DNA of 55,839 nucleotides from Burkholderiales bacterium (GTDB lineage Bacteria; Pseudomonadota; Gammaproteobacteria; Burkholderiales; SG8-41). Position 1 is the first letter of the stretch, and every line of letters begins with the position of its first letter. Of this stretch, positions 33,437 to 45,107 are shown piece after piece. Where the stretch lies: contig JBMTEY010000002.1 of NCBI GenBank assembly GCA_049433545.1, positions 1 to 55,839 on the forward strand, read 5' to 3'. A program made the position numbers and the translations under genes. The notes under the pieces are model-generated. The model was not told the origin of the DNA. It made no database searches and saw only the letters and a program-made list of their open reading frames with translations.

Positions 33437-33494
33437 GTCCGGAATCCCTGTATTTGGCGAACGTTGCGCATGATTTGTTTTAGCACACTGCATA

Positions 33495-33510
33495 AGCAAC
33501 GGGTGTACCC
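33495..33510 (-). promoter_or_regulatory. Sigma-54 (-24/-12) promoter candidate for the Anbu operon
   Basis: Minus strand GGGTACACCCGTTGCT has GG-N10-GC spacing and TTGC, close to TGGCAC-N5-TTGCW. Confidence 0.65.
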
Positions 33511-33563
33511 GTGGCGTTTCAGCCGGCAGGATGGAGTGACGGAGGCCCCGGGGAGCCTCCTGA

Positions 33564-33580
33564 TGCACCATTGTGGGGCA
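33564..33580. promoter_or_regulatory. NtrC binding site candidate
   Basis: TGCACCATTGTGGGGCA against consensus TGCACCA-N3-TGGTGCA, 13/14 match. Confidence 0.7.
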
Positions 33581-33664
33581 TGAAGCCCGCAGATGGCCAG
33601 CCTTGCCCTGAAAGCGTACATTCGTGTCCGAACCCTGAACCTCAACCTCCGTCGAACAGCAATC

Positions 33665-35836
33665 ATGGTCACACGCAAGCACCTGCAACTGGTCAGCAAA
33701 GCCGCGCCCCACGGATTTCCGGGACTGGACGCCGCGCTGGCGCGCGCCGATGCGCCGGCGCGTGAGCTGCTGCAGCGGGCGCTGGCGCGACTGCAGGAAG
33801 AGCCGGATGAAGCGGTGATCGCCCACGCCCAAGGGTTGGTTGAGGCGCTGTCGGCGCTGGGCATGGACCACGAATCGGTTGCGGCGGCGATGCTGTTGCC
33901 GGCCTTGCGCGGAAATCTCGAATTGCAGCGCGCGCTGCGCGATGAATTCGGCGCCACGGTCGCCGAACTCGCCGACGGCGTGATCCGCATGAGCGAGATC
34001 GGCGCCTTGTCGAGCCGTGCGCTGTCTGCGGCGCGGCCCGAAGCGCAGGCGGCGCAGCTTGAAGCGCTGCGCAAGATGCTGCTGGCGATGGTGCAGGATG
34101 TGCGCATCGTGCTGATCAAGCTCGCCGATCACCTGCAGGACCTTCGTGCTGCAGTCAGGAGTGCCGATCCGGCTGAGCGCGCCGCAGTCGCCGGGTTGAC
34201 GCGAGACATATTCGCGCCGCTGGCCAACCGCCTGGGCGTGTGGCAGATCAAGTGGGAGCTCGAAGACCTCGCGCTGCGGGTGCTGGAACCGGAGACCTAC
34301 CAGCGCATCGCGCGCCTGCTCGACGAGAAGCGCAACGACCGCGAGCGCTATATCGAGAACGTGATTGCCATTCTCAAGGGCGAGATCGCGCGTGGGGGAA
34401 TCTTGGCTGAAGTCAGCGGGCGGCCGAAACACATTGCCAGCATCCAGCGCAAGATGGTCACCAAGGCGATCGGTTTCGAGGGTCTGTACGACGTGCGTGC
34501 GGTGCGGGTGCTGGTCGACGACGTCAAGGATTGCTACGCGGTACTGGGCATCGTGCACAGCCTGTGGTCACCGCTGCCCAAGGAATTCGATGATTACATC
34601 GCCAAGCCCAAGGCCAACAACTACCGCTCGCTGCATACCGCCGTCATCGGGCCGGACGGCAAATCGGTGGAAGTCCAGATCCGCACACATGAGATGCACC
34701 GCTACTCCGAGCTCGGCGTGGCGGCGCACTGGCGCTACAAGGAAGGCGGCCGCCAGGACCGCGGTTACGAGGAAAAAATTGCCTGGTTGCGCCAGGTGCT
34801 GGAATGGAAGGACGAGGTGCGGGATACGGGGGAATTAGCCGAACAGTTTCGCACCGGCCTGTTTGAGGATTCGGTGTACGTGCTGACGCCGCAGGGACGG
34901 GTGGTGGATCTGCCCAAAGGGGCGACGCCCATCGACTTCGCTTACCACGTACATACCGAGCTGGGGCATCGCTGCCGCGGCGCGAAGGTGGACGGCGTCA
35001 TGGTGCCGCTGAATACGGAGCTCGCGAACGGTCAGCAGGTGGAAATACTCGCAGCGAAGCAGGGCGGTCCCAGTCGTGACTGGCTGAACGCACAACTGGG
35101 TTTCCTCAAAAGCGCCGCCGCGCGCAGCAAGGTGCGGCAATGGTTCAACAAGCAGAATCTAGAGGCGGACATCGCACAAGGCCGTGCGCTGCTCGACAGG
35201 GAACTGCAGCGTCGCGGCCTGACGCGGCTCAACCTGGACCGGCTCGCAGCGGAGATGGGTTTCGAACGGCTGGATGATCTGCTCGCCGGCATCGGCAAGG
35301 GCGAGATCGGGCCCAAGGCGCTCGGCGATGCTTTGTCGGGGGAAGACGCCGCACCATCGACGGTGCCCGATGCTCTGCCTGCTGCGCGCAAGCCGAAATC
35401 CTCGGGCGGCGGCGTGCTGATCGTCGGTGTCGACAAACTGCTGACGGTGACTGCGAAATGCTGCCGGCCCGCACCGCCGGAGCCGATCACCGGATTTGTC
35501 ACGCGCGGCCGCGGCGTCACCGTGCATCGCGCCGATTGCGCCGCGCTGGGCCGGCTCGATCCGCTGCGGCGGATCGCTGCGGAATGGGGCGGCGCCGCCG
35601 ATGCGACCTTTCCGGTCGAGATCGTGGTGGATGCGACGGATCGCACGGGACTGCTGCGCGACATCTCGGAAGTGCTGTCACGCGAGCGCGTGAACGTCAC
35701 CGCGACGCGATCATCGTCGAATGATCTCAGCGCGCGCATGCGCTTTACGGTCGAGATCCGCAATCTCGACCAGCTGCGGCAGGTGCTGGGCCTGATCCGG
35801 GGGGTGCGGGGCGTGCTGCAAGCGGAACGGCGATAA
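33665..35836 (+). CDS. relA: (p)ppGpp synthetase RelA
   Basis: LRKMLLAMVQDVRIVLIKLAD, APLANRLG, GRPKHI, YRSLHT, EVQIRT, TGS (TPIDFAY), KCCRP and ACT domains; no HD hydrolase motif. Confidence 0.92.
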   Translation: MVTRKHLQLVSKAAPHGFPGLDAALARADAPARELLQRALARLQEEPDEAVIAHAQGLVEALSALGMDHESVAAAMLLPALRGNLELQRALRDEFGATVAELADGVIRMSEIGALSSRALSAARPEAQAAQLEALRKMLLAMVQDVRIVLIKLADHLQDLRAAVRSADPAERAAVAGLTRDIFAPLANRLGVWQIKWELEDLALRVLEPETYQRIARLLDEKRNDRERYIENVIAILKGEIARGGILAEVSGRPKHIASIQRKMVTKAIGFEGLYDVRAVRVLVDDVKDCYAVLGIVHSLWSPLPKEFDDYIAKPKANNYRSLHTAVIGPDGKSVEVQIRTHEMHRYSELGVAAHWRYKEGGRQDRGYEEKIAWLRQVLEWKDEVRDTGELAEQFRTGLFEDSVYVLTPQGRVVDLPKGATPIDFAYHVHTELGHRCRGAKVDGVMVPLNTELANGQQVEILAAKQGGPSRDWLNAQLGFLKSAAARSKVRQWFNKQNLEADIAQGRALLDRELQRRGLTRLNLDRLAAEMGFERLDDLLAGIGKGEIGPKALGDALSGEDAAPSTVPDALPAARKPKSSGGGVLIVGVDKLLTVTAKCCRPAPPEPITGFVTRGRGVTVHRADCAALGRLDPLRRIAAEWGGAADATFPVEIVVDATDRTGLLRDISEVLSRERVNVTATRSSSNDLSARMRFTVEIRNLDQLRQVLGLIRGVRGVLQAERR

Positions 35837-35965
35837 GCTTAATTTGCAAATATAATCACTAGGTTATATTGACAAATTAGCGTGACTGGTGTTCTGGATA
35901 GAATGCGTTTCGCAGTTTGCCAAGAACAACATCATCCACTGCCGTTTCATCTGGAGGAGCCTGCC

Positions 35966-36946
35966 GTGCATGCCTTGAACATCCGCAAGTTGATCGTGTC
36001 GCTGAGCGTTGGTGTGTCTGTCGTACTGGCTTGCAATACGGCCGCGGCCCAGCAGTATCCGTCGAAGCCGGTGCGGGTCATCGTGCCCTTTGCCCCGGGC
36101 GGCGGCAGTGACATCACCGCGCGCCAGTTTTCAGCAAAGCTCACCGAATACCTGGGCCAGCAGTTCGTGGTGGACAACCGCGGCGGCGCCGGCGGTCTGA
36201 TCGGCATGGAGCTGACGGCCAAATCGCCGGCGGACGGTTACGTGATCATGATGATGTCCGGCAGTTTTTCGGCAACATCGGCGGTGCAGCGGCCGGCATT
36301 CGATCCGATCAACAGCATCATCGCCGTCGCTGAATTCGGCTATACGCCATTTGTGCTGACCGTGCATCCTTCGCTGCCGTCAAAATCGGTCAAGGAATTC
36401 ATTGCTCTCGCGAACCGCACGAAAGATGGCCTGAATTACGCGGGAACCGGCACCGGCGGCGCCACGCATCTTGCGACCGAATTGTTCGCCAACATGGCCA
36501 AGATCAAGATGGTGGCCATCCAGTACAAGAGCACCGGCGCCGCGATGGCCGACCTGTTGTCGGGCCAGGTGCCGGTGATCGTCGGCAGCCTGTTGCCGGT
36601 CACACCGCACCTCGGCACCGGCAAGCTGCGCGGACTGGGAGTGACCACCGCCAAGCGCTGGCACACGCTGCCCAATGTGCCCGCGATCGCCGAGTCGCTG
36701 CCCGGATACGAAGTCGTGCTCTGGTTCGGCACGATGACGCCGCGCGGCACACCGCAGCCCATCATTGACCGGCTCAACGCCGCAATCAACAAGGCGCTGC
36801 AGGATCCGGCGATCAAACGCAATCTCGAGGGCAGCGGTATGCTGCCCAGCGGCGGGCCGCCGCAAAATTTCGACAAGCGCATCCGCGATGATTACGAGCG
36901 CTGGACCAAGGTCGTCAAGGCGATTGGCCTGAAGCCGGGACAGTAA
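35966..36946 (+). CDS. Bug/TctC tripartite tricarboxylate transporter substrate-binding protein
   Basis: YPSKPVRVIVPFAPGGGSD, VDNRGGAGG, PADGY; GTG 35966 after GGAGG. Confidence 0.92.
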   Translation: MHALNIRKLIVSLSVGVSVVLACNTAAAQQYPSKPVRVIVPFAPGGGSDITARQFSAKLTEYLGQQFVVDNRGGAGGLIGMELTAKSPADGYVIMMMSGSFSATSAVQRPAFDPINSIIAVAEFGYTPFVLTVHPSLPSKSVKEFIALANRTKDGLNYAGTGTGGATHLATELFANMAKIKMVAIQYKSTGAAMADLLSGQVPVIVGSLLPVTPHLGTGKLRGLGVTTAKRWHTLPNVPAIAESLPGYEVVLWFGTMTPRGTPQPIIDRLNAAINKALQDPAIKRNLEGSGMLPSGGPPQNFDKRIRDDYERWTKVVKAIGLKPGQ

Positions 36947-36999
36947 TCATCCAGTCTCGCGCTGAATGTAAAATAAGTTAATAAAAACATATACTTATT

Positions 37000-37821
37000 T
37001 TAATCCGCGGCGCAGCGAAACGCGATGTTGTGATGTCCCGCGCGCGGATTGCGCGACAGCGTGCGGCCGCGCTGGGTAGCGGTGATTTCAGCCGCGGGGG
37101 AGTCGTGACCGCCGCCCCGCGTGCTGCGCACCGGCCCCGGTTCGGGATCCTCGCGGCCGTCGTCGGCGCGGTACGGATAGAGACTATAGGCGCTGGCCAC
37201 CCATTCCCAGGCATTGCCGGCCATGTCGAGCGCGCCGTCGGGGCTGGCACCGGCAGGATGGGCGGTTACGGGGGCGGTGGCGTTGAAGGCCGAGCCGAAA
37301 CGTGCGCGGCTTGCATCCGGTGGAGAATTTCCCCAGGGATAACGTCGGCCATCTGTTCCGCGCGCCGCTTTTTCCCATTCGGCCTCGGTTGGCAGGCGCG
37401 CGTTGCGCCAGACGCAATAATCGCGCGCTCCAACCCAGCTGACTTCGACAGCAGGATGATTTTCGTAGCCCTTGTCGGCGACCCACAGCTTGCCGACGCG
37501 GTGGATGCGCGCGTCGTTGTCGTCAAAGTCATAACGTCGAGTGCCTTGCGGTGTCATTGCTCCGACGGCATTCAGAAAACGGGCGTAGTTGCTGTTGGTG
37601 ACGGGCAGGCGGTCGATCCGGAAGGCGCGCAGGGTGACGGCGTGGGCAGGGCGTTCATCTTCGGGTCCGTCGTCATTTCCCATGGTGAAGCTGCCGCCGG
37701 GAATCAGGACCATCTGCGTCGTTTGCGCGGCGTACAGGCCGGGCGATGGCGGCAACGGCAGAAACAGCGCCAAAACCACGGCGAATTCCCGTTTTGAAGG
37801 GATCGGCATGAGGTGCATCAT
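37000..37821 (-). CDS. FGE-sulfatase (SUMF1/EgtB/PvdO) domain protein, probably exported
   Basis: FTMG, VTN, RLPTEAEWEKAARG, YPWG, DMAGNAWEW, RGG...FRCA; no catalytic Cys pair; start 37810-37821. Confidence 0.85.
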   Translation of the reverse strand: MMHLMPIPSKREFAVVLALFLPLPPSPGLYAAQTTQMVLIPGGSFTMGNDDGPEDERPAHAVTLRAFRIDRLPVTNSNYARFLNAVGAMTPQGTRRYDFDDNDARIHRVGKLWVADKGYENHPAVEVSWVGARDYCVWRNARLPTEAEWEKAARGTDGRRYPWGNSPPDASRARFGSAFNATAPVTAHPAGASPDGALDMAGNAWEWVASAYSLYPYRADDGREDPEPGPVRSTRGGGHDSPAAEITATQRGRTLSRNPRAGHHNIAFRCAAD

Positions 37822-37889
37822 AGCCTTGGACTGTGGTCCCGTTTCCGGTTTGATGGGGATGGGTGATTCGGCTAGAATGCGCTCCTTTC

Positions 37890-37966
37890 AGGCGCGTAGC
37901 TCAGCTGGTTAGAGCACCACCTTGACATGGTGGGGGTCGTTGGTTCGAGTCCAATCGCGCCTACCA
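37890..37966 (+). tRNA. tRNA-Val (GAC)
   Basis: AGGCGCG/CGCGCCT acceptor stem, anticodon arm CCACC-TTGACAT-GGTGG, GTTCGAGT T-loop, encoded CCA. Confidence 0.97.
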
Positions 37967-38012
37967 ATTTTGATTGCGTATTTTTGCTGGCGGATTACAG
38001 GAAGAGAGCGTT

Positions 38013-38054
38013 ATGACACCGCGAACTTGCAAGGTCACCAGTCCCCGGCGATAG
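38013..38054 (+). CDS. Putative thrS leader peptide MTPRTCKVTSPRR
   Basis: 13 codons with 3 Thr (ACA, ACT, ACC), purine-rich SD-like run upstream, terminator downstream. Confidence 0.55.
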   Translation: MTPRTCKVTSPRR

Positions 38055-38081
38055 CTGCGCAGTTTCTTTGGTAGTGCTGAG

Positions 38082-38109
38082 AAAAGTGCGGCTGGTCCGC
38101 ACTTTTTTT
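38082..38109 (+). terminator. Intrinsic terminator/attenuator ahead of thrS
   Basis: AAAAGTGCGG-CTGGT-CCGCACTTTT followed by a T run. Confidence 0.75.
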
Positions 38110-38132
38110 ATTGGTATTTACGGAATGCACAT

Positions 38133-40049
38133 ATGGTCAACATCAAACTACCTGACGGTTCAGTGAAGTCCTTCGAGCAGCCGGTGACGGTGGCAGAAGT
38201 CGCCGCCGCCATCGGCGCCGGGCTGGCCAAGGCCGCGCTGGCGGGCCGCGTCAACGGCAAACTGGTCGACACTTCGCACCGCATTGAAGCCGATGCCGAA
38301 CTGGCGATCATCACCGAAAAGAATCCTGAGGGGGTTGAAATCCTCCGTCATTCGACCGCGCATCTGCTGGCCCACGCGGTCAAGGAACTGTTTCCCGACG
38401 CGCAGGTGACCATAGGACCGGTGATCGAGGACGGCTTTTATTACGACTTTGCCTACAAGCGGCCGTTCACGCCGGAGGATCTGGCTGCGATCGAGAAACG
38501 CATGGCGGAAATCGCCAAACGCGACATCAGGGTCAACCGCAAGGAGATGCCTCGCGACGAAGCGGTGAAATTCTTCTCAGGCATGGGTGAAAAATACAAG
38601 GCCGAAATCATCGCTTCGATTCCTTCGAACGAGCCGATTTCGCTTTACGGGCAGGACAATTTCATCGATCTGTGCCGTGGGCCGCATGTTCCTTCCACCG
38701 GCAAGCTCAAAGTGTTCAAACTGATGAAGGTTGCAGGCGCGTACTGGCGCGGGGACTCGAAGAACGAGATGCTGCAGCGGATTTACGGCACGGCGTGGGC
38801 GAAGAAGGAAGACCAGGAAGCCTATCTCTATCGTCTGGAAGAAGCGGAGAAGCGCGATCACCGCAAGCTGGGTCGCCAGCTCGACCTGTTCCACATGCAG
38901 GACGAGGCGCCGGGCATGGTGTTCTGGCATGCCAACGGCTGGGTGATCTGGCAGGCGATCGAGCAGTACATGCGCGGCCTGCTCACCGAAGCCAATTATC
39001 GTGAAGTGAGAACACCGCAGGTGATGGACCGTGTGCTGTGGGAAAAATCCGGCCACTGGGAGAACTACCGTGAGTACATGTTCACCACGGAGTCGGAGAA
39101 ACGCGATTACGCGGTAAAGCCGATGAACTGTCCGGGGCATGTGCAGATCTTCAACCAGGGTGTCAAAAGCTACCGCGACCTGCCGTTGCGCATCGCCGAA
39201 TTCGGTTCCTGCCATCGCAACGAGCCATCGGGTGCACTGCACGGTTTGATGCGGGTGCGCGGTTTCGTGCAGGACGACGCGCACATTTTCTGCACCGAGG
39301 ACCAGATCCAGGCAGAAGCGGGGGCCTTCATTGACCTGCTGCGAGGGGTTTACGCGGATTTCGGGTTCGAGCATATCCTGGTCAAGCTGTCGACGCGGCC
39401 GCCGAAGCGCATCGGCGACGATGCGGTGTGGGATCGCGCCGAGACGGCGCTCAAAGCCACGCTGGACGGCAAGGGACTGGAATGGGAGCTCAATCCCGGG
39501 GAAGGCGCGTTTTACGGTCCAAAGATCGAGTTTTCGCTGAAGGATTCGCTGGGCAGGGTCTGGCAGTGCGGCACGCTGCAGCTCGATTTCGCGCTGCCAG
39601 GCCGTCTGGGGGCCGAATACGTGGCGGAAGACAACGCCCGCCATACCCCGGTGATGCTGCACCGGGCCATTCTCGGTTCGCTGGAGCGTTTCATCGGCAT
39701 CCTGATCGAGCACTACGCCGGGGCGATGCCGGTCTGGCTGGCACCGGTACAGGCGGTGGTTATCAATATTTCGGAAGCGCAGACCGCTTATGCGGCCGGT
39801 GTTGCGGAAAAGCTGAAAAAGGCCGGTTTCCGGGTCGAGGCCGACTTGAGGAATGAGAAAATTTCCTATAAAATTCGGGAACATAGTCTGCAAAAGCTGC
39901 CTTTCCAACTGGTCGTTGGGGACAAGGAAATGGCGGCGCAAATGGTGGCTGTGCGATCCCGTAAAGGCGAGGACCTGGGTCAGATGACCCTGGATGCCTT
40001 TTTGTCGCTGTTAAAAGGCGACATCGAAAGAAGGGGGCGTGCGGCTTGA
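38133..40049 (+). CDS. thrS: Threonine--tRNA ligase
   Basis: [51 protein letters not shown]. Confidence 0.98.
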   Translation: MVNIKLPDGSVKSFEQPVTVAEVAAAIGAGLAKAALAGRVNGKLVDTSHRIEADAELAIITEKNPEGVEILRHSTAHLLAHAVKELFPDAQVTIGPVIEDGFYYDFAYKRPFTPEDLAAIEKRMAEIAKRDIRVNRKEMPRDEAVKFFSGMGEKYKAEIIASIPSNEPISLYGQDNFIDLCRGPHVPSTGKLKVFKLMKVAGAYWRGDSKNEMLQRIYGTAWAKKEDQEAYLYRLEEAEKRDHRKLGRQLDLFHMQDEAPGMVFWHANGWVIWQAIEQYMRGLLTEANYREVRTPQVMDRVLWEKSGHWENYREYMFTTESEKRDYAVKPMNCPGHVQIFNQGVKSYRDLPLRIAEFGSCHRNEPSGALHGLMRVRGFVQDDAHIFCTEDQIQAEAGAFIDLLRGVYADFGFEHILVKLSTRPPKRIGDDAVWDRAETALKATLDGKGLEWELNPGEGAFYGPKIEFSLKDSLGRVWQCGTLQLDFALPGRLGAEYVAEDNARHTPVMLHRAILGSLERFIGILIEHYAGAMPVWLAPVQAVVINISEAQTAYAAGVAEKLKKAGFRVEADLRNEKISYKIREHSLQKLPFQLVVGDKEMAAQMVAVRSRKGEDLGQMTLDAFLSLLKGDIERRGRAA

Positions 40050-40076
40050 GAGCAACGAATTGAAGGAGTTTGTCGC

Positions 40077-40730
40077 ATAGCTCAGGAAAAAGAAGCCCGG
40101 ATCAACGGTGAAATTACCGCTCCGGAAGTGCGGGTCATCGGGGCCGACGGTTCACAGGTCGGTGTGATCAGCATAGCTGCCGCCAACAAGCTGGCAGAGG
40201 AAGCGGAACTGGATCTGGTCGAAATCGCGCCGACGGCGAGTCCGCCTGTCTGCCGCGTCATGGACTACGGCAAATTCAAGTACCGGGAAAGCAAGAAACA
40301 GCACGAAGCGCGTCTGAAGCAGAAGCAGATCGTCGTCAAGGAAGTGAAGTTTCGTCCGGGAACGGACGAGGGTGATTACAAGATCAAGTTGCGCAACCTG
40401 ACGCGTTTCCTTGAAGAAGGCGACAAAACCAAGATCACGCTGCGCTTTCGCGGTCGTGAAATGGCGCACCAGGAGTTCGGGATACGCCTGCTGGAGCGGG
40501 TTAAGGCCGATCTCGAAGCTCTCGGTGTGGTCGAGCAGTTTCCGAAGATGGAAGGCCGCCAGCTGGTGATGGTGCTGGCGCCGAAGAAAGTCGCTCCGAA
40601 GGCGGCTGTAAAGAGTTCACCCAAGGCGGCACCAAAGTCCGAGGGAACAAAACCGGCGGAAACGCCGGGCAAGGTGGCTGCAGCGGATGGCGCAACAGCG
40701 CAAAACGCCGCGGCCGGTGACAAGAAGTAG
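40077..40730 (+). CDS. infC: Translation initiation factor IF-3 with non-canonical ATA start
   Basis: SD AAGGAG then ATA GCT CAG GAA AAA...RINGEI, in frame with the tracked ORF; [21 protein letters not shown]. Confidence 0.95.
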   Translation: MAQEKEARINGEITAPEVRVIGADGSQVGVISIAAANKLAEEAELDLVEIAPTASPPVCRVMDYGKFKYRESKKQHEARLKQKQIVVKEVKFRPGTDEGDYKIKLRNLTRFLEEGDKTKITLRFRGREMAHQEFGIRLLERVKADLEALGVVEQFPKMEGRQLVMVLAPKKVAPKAAVKSSPKAAPKSEGTKPAETPGKVAAADGATAQNAAAGDKK

Positions 40731-40794
40731 TGCTCGGGTCTCAAGTTCTGCGGTGACGCAGGCACCCGACGCTAGGCTAAAACAGGAGTTTTCC

Positions 40795-40989
40795 ATGCCG
40801 AAGATGAAGAGCAAGAGCGGCGCGGCCAAGCGTTTCAAGAAGCTCGGCAGCGGCGCATTCAAGCGCAGCAGTGCACATCTGCGCCACATCCTTACCAAGA
40901 AAAGCACCAAGCGCAAGCGTCACCTGCGCGGTACGACCATGGTGCATGATTCCGATCAACGCTCGGTCCGGGCAATGTTGCCGTACTGA
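40795..40989 (+). CDS. rpmI: 50S ribosomal protein L35
   Basis: [14 protein letters not shown]...[12 protein letters not shown]; SD AGGAG. Confidence 0.97.
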   Translation: MPKMKSKSGAAKRFKKLGSGAFKRSSAHLRHILTKKSTKRKRHLRGTTMVHDSDQRSVRAMLPY

Positions 40990-41004
40990 TCAGGGAGATG
41001 AATC

Positions 41005-41364
41005 ATGCCTAGAGTCAAACGTGGTGTAATCGCCCGCAAGGCGCACAAAAAAGTCCTGAAGAAGGCCAAGGGATTCCGCGGCCGTCGCGGCAATGTATTC
41101 CGCATCGCCAATGAAGCGGTGATGCGCGCCGGACAGTATGCCTATCGCGATCGTCGCACCAAGAAGCGCGAATTCCGCGCTTTGTGGATTGCGCGTATTA
41201 ACGCCGCCGCCCGCGAACACGGAATGTCCTACAGTGTTTTCATGAACGGGCTGAAAAAAGCGGCCATCGAAGTGGATCGCAAGGTGCTGGCCGACATCGC
41301 CGTTGCCGACAAGCCGGCGTTTTCGCGGTTTGTGGAACAGGCGAAGGCGAGCCTCGGCGCATAG
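41005..41364 (+). CDS. rplT: 50S ribosomal protein L20
   Basis: MPRVKRGV...YAYRDRR...LWIARINAA. Confidence 0.98.
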   Translation: MPRVKRGVIARKAHKKVLKKAKGFRGRRGNVFRIANEAVMRAGQYAYRDRRTKKREFRALWIARINAAAREHGMSYSVFMNGLKKAAIEVDRKVLADIAVADKPAFSRFVEQAKASLGA

Positions 41365-41378
41365 GACGACGCATACGG

Positions 41379-42422
<1,044 letters not shown>

Positions 42423-42435
42423 CAGGCGGCCGGCG

Positions 42436-44787
42436 ATGAAACTTTCAGAACACTGGCTGCGTGAACTGGTCGACCCAGCGCTTACCACAACGGAACTGGC
42501 TGACCTGCTGACTTTCGGCGGCATCGAAGTGGAGGCGGTGGAACCTGCGGCGCCCGCTTTTGACAAGGTGGTGGTCGCAGAAATACTCAGCGTCGAAAAG
42601 CATCCCCAGGCCGACCGGCTCAACGTGTGCCAGGTCAATGCCGGTTCAGGGCCGCTGACCATCGTCTGCGGGGCACCCAATGCACGCGCCGGCATGCGTG
42701 TGCCGGCAGCGTTGCCGGGGGCGCGTCTGCCGGGAATGGAGATCAAGGTCGCCAAGGTGCGCGGTGTCAAATCCCACGGCATGCTGTGCTCGGCGCTTGA
42801 GCTGGGCCTGGCCGAGGAGGCTGCGGGCTTGATGGAGCTGCCGTCGGATGCCGCGACCGGCCAATCGCTGCGCGAACTGCTGGACCTTGACGATCAGGTG
42901 CTGACCACCAAGCCCACGCCGAATCGCGGCGACTGCCTGAGCGTGCTCGGCCTTGCGCGCGAAGTGGCGGCCCTGGGCGGCGCCGCACTGCGCTGGCAGA
43001 TGCCATCACCGGTCGATGCGGCGATTGATGACAGCATTGATGTCGTTGTCGAAGCGCCGGCCGACTGTCCGCGCTACTGTGCACGCATCGTGCGTGGTGT
43101 GGATGCGCGCGCGGCAACGCCGGACTGGATGGTGCGCCGGCTTCAGCGCAGTGGTTTGCGTTCTATCAGCGCCGTGGTCGACGTCACCAATTACGTGATG
43201 CTCGAGATGGGACAGCCTTTGCATGCCTTCGATGCCGCCCAACTCGGCGGCAGCATCCGGGTGCGTCGCGCGCGCCAGGGGGAGCGACTGGTCCTGCTGA
43301 ACGGTACCGATTTTGAAATGACGACCGCGCACCTGGTGATCGCCGATGAGCGCAGGGCGCTGGCGCTGGCGGGCATCATGGGCGGTGAAGGCAGTGGAGT
43401 TACGGACTCCACGCAGGACGTGGTGCTGGAAAGCGCGTTTTTCACGCCCGATACGATCGCCGGCAAGACCCGGGCGGCAGGATTCGGTTCGGATTCGGCC
43501 TACCGTTTTGAGCGCGGCGTTGATTTCTCAGCTACGCGCACGGCGATGGAGCGGGCAACGCAATTGATGTTGCAGATTTGCGGCGGCAGGCCCGGTCCGG
43601 TTCAGGAAAGCCTGGGTACACTGCCGAGAAGGGACGCTGTTGCCCTGCGGCTTGCCAGGGCAGAGCGAGTACTCGGGTTTTCCATGGATACGGGTGCGGC
43701 GACGTCGATCCTTGAGCGCCTGGGCTGCGCGCCCAAAGTTCGGGACGGAATGATTATGGCGGTGCCTCCGAGTTTCCGCTTTGACATCGCCATCGAGGAA
43801 GACCTGATCGAGGAACTGGCGCGGGTGCACGGCTACGCCAACATACCGGCGCTGCCGCCGCCTGCGCCGGCAGTCATGCTGCATCGTAACGAAGCCGGGC
43901 GCACGCCGGCAGTAGTGCGGCGATTGCTGGCAGACCGCGATTACCAGGAGGCCATCACCTACAGTTTTGTCGAACGTTCTTGGGAAGCGGATTTTTCCCC
44001 GGCGGCCGATCCGGTGGCGCTTGCGAATCCAATCTCCGCCCAGATGAGCGTCATGCGTACGACCCTGATCGGCGGCCTGCTCAATGCCGTCGTGTTCAAT
44101 GCCAGCCGCAAGCAGACCCGGGTCCGCCTGTTCGAAATCGGCCGCTGTTTCGTGCCTGACGGTGCCGCAATCGGACAACCCTGGCGGGTGGGAGGCATCG
44201 CATTCGGCGACGTGGCTCCGCTGCAGTGGGGAGCGAAGCCGTGCGGCGTGGATTTTTTCGATGTCAAAGGTGATCTTGAGGCGTTGTGCGCGCCCCGGGA
44301 CGTGACTTTCCGGGCGGCGGAGCATCCGGCATTCCATCCGGGTAAATCCGCAACTATCCTGCTGGATGGCGTTGTCGCGGGATGGCTGGGCGAATTGCAC
44401 CCGCGCTGGCAGCGGAAGTATGATCTTGCGACCGCGCCGGTATTGTTCGAACTGGGCCTGGCGGCCGTTTGCACCGGCCAGGTGCCTGCATTCCAGGCGT
44501 TGTCCCGGTACCCGGCAATCCGTCGCGACCTGGCTGCGGAATTCGACGAAAACACCCGATTTGCGGACGTTGCCGATGCGCTAAAACAGGGCGGTCCGCG
44601 GATTCTGAGGGACGTTACGGTGTTCGATTTGTATCGCGGACAGGGGGTCCAAAAAGGGAAAAAAAGTCTTGCATTCAGTGTGTTATTGCAGGATACTGAT
44701 AAAACCTTGACGGACGCAGAAGCCGAGAAAGCCGTAACCGAACTGCGCCGGATTCTGCAAGAAAAGTTTAACGCAAAGCTTCGTTGA
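42436..44787 (+). CDS. pheT: Phenylalanine--tRNA ligase beta subunit
   Basis: [39 protein letters not shown]. Confidence 0.98.
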   Translation: MKLSEHWLRELVDPALTTTELADLLTFGGIEVEAVEPAAPAFDKVVVAEILSVEKHPQADRLNVCQVNAGSGPLTIVCGAPNARAGMRVPAALPGARLPGMEIKVAKVRGVKSHGMLCSALELGLAEEAAGLMELPSDAATGQSLRELLDLDDQVLTTKPTPNRGDCLSVLGLAREVAALGGAALRWQMPSPVDAAIDDSIDVVVEAPADCPRYCARIVRGVDARAATPDWMVRRLQRSGLRSISAVVDVTNYVMLEMGQPLHAFDAAQLGGSIRVRRARQGERLVLLNGTDFEMTTAHLVIADERRALALAGIMGGEGSGVTDSTQDVVLESAFFTPDTIAGKTRAAGFGSDSAYRFERGVDFSATRTAMERATQLMLQICGGRPGPVQESLGTLPRRDAVALRLARAERVLGFSMDTGAATSILERLGCAPKVRDGMIMAVPPSFRFDIAIEEDLIEELARVHGYANIPALPPPAPAVMLHRNEAGRTPAVVRRLLADRDYQEAITYSFVERSWEADFSPAADPVALANPISAQMSVMRTTLIGGLLNAVVFNASRKQTRVRLFEIGRCFVPDGAAIGQPWRVGGIAFGDVAPLQWGAKPCGVDFFDVKGDLEALCAPRDVTFRAAEHPAFHPGKSATILLDGVVAGWLGELHPRWQRKYDLATAPVLFELGLAAVCTGQVPAFQALSRYPAIRRDLAAEFDENTRFADVADALKQGGPRILRDVTVFDLYRGQGVQKGKKSLAFSVLLQDTDKTLTDAEAEKAVTELRRILQEKFNAKLR

Positions 44788-44798
44788 GAGGGGACAAC

Positions 44799-45107
44799 AT
44801 GACGTTAACCAAAGCGGAACTCGCCGACCTGCTGTTTGAAAAGGTGGGGTTCAACAAGCGCGAGGCCAAGGACATGGTGGAGTCCTTTTTCGACGAGGTC
44901 CGTACGGCGCTGGAAAACGGCAGGGGAGTGAAGCTTTCGGGATTTGGCAACTTCCAGTTGCGTGACAAACCCCAGCGTCCGGGCCGCAACCCCAAAACCG
45001 GCGAGGAAATCCCGATTTCCGCGCGCCGCGTCGTAACGTTCCACGCATCCCAAAAGCTGAAATCGATGGTGGAACAGCATTTCCATGGAAGCCAGCGGAA
45101 GCCATAA
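44799..45107 (+). CDS. ihfA: Integration host factor alpha subunit
   Basis: LTKAELA...VKLSGFGNF...PGRNPKTGE; follows pheT. Confidence 0.97.
   Translation: MTLTKAELADLLFEKVGFNKREAKDMVESFFDEVRTALENGRGVKLSGFGNFQLRDKPQRPGRNPKTGEEIPISARRVVTFHASQKLKSMVEQHFHGSQRKP

Noticed and set aside
33594-33606. TGGC...TTGC as a sigma-54 promoter for relA
   Set aside because: GG-to-GC spacing is 8, not the required 10.
33437-34558. Apparent ~370-aa N-terminal extension making the ATP-grasp protein 847 aa
   Set aside because: It is antisense to relA and crosses the promoter region; family similarity starts only at PYDEM.
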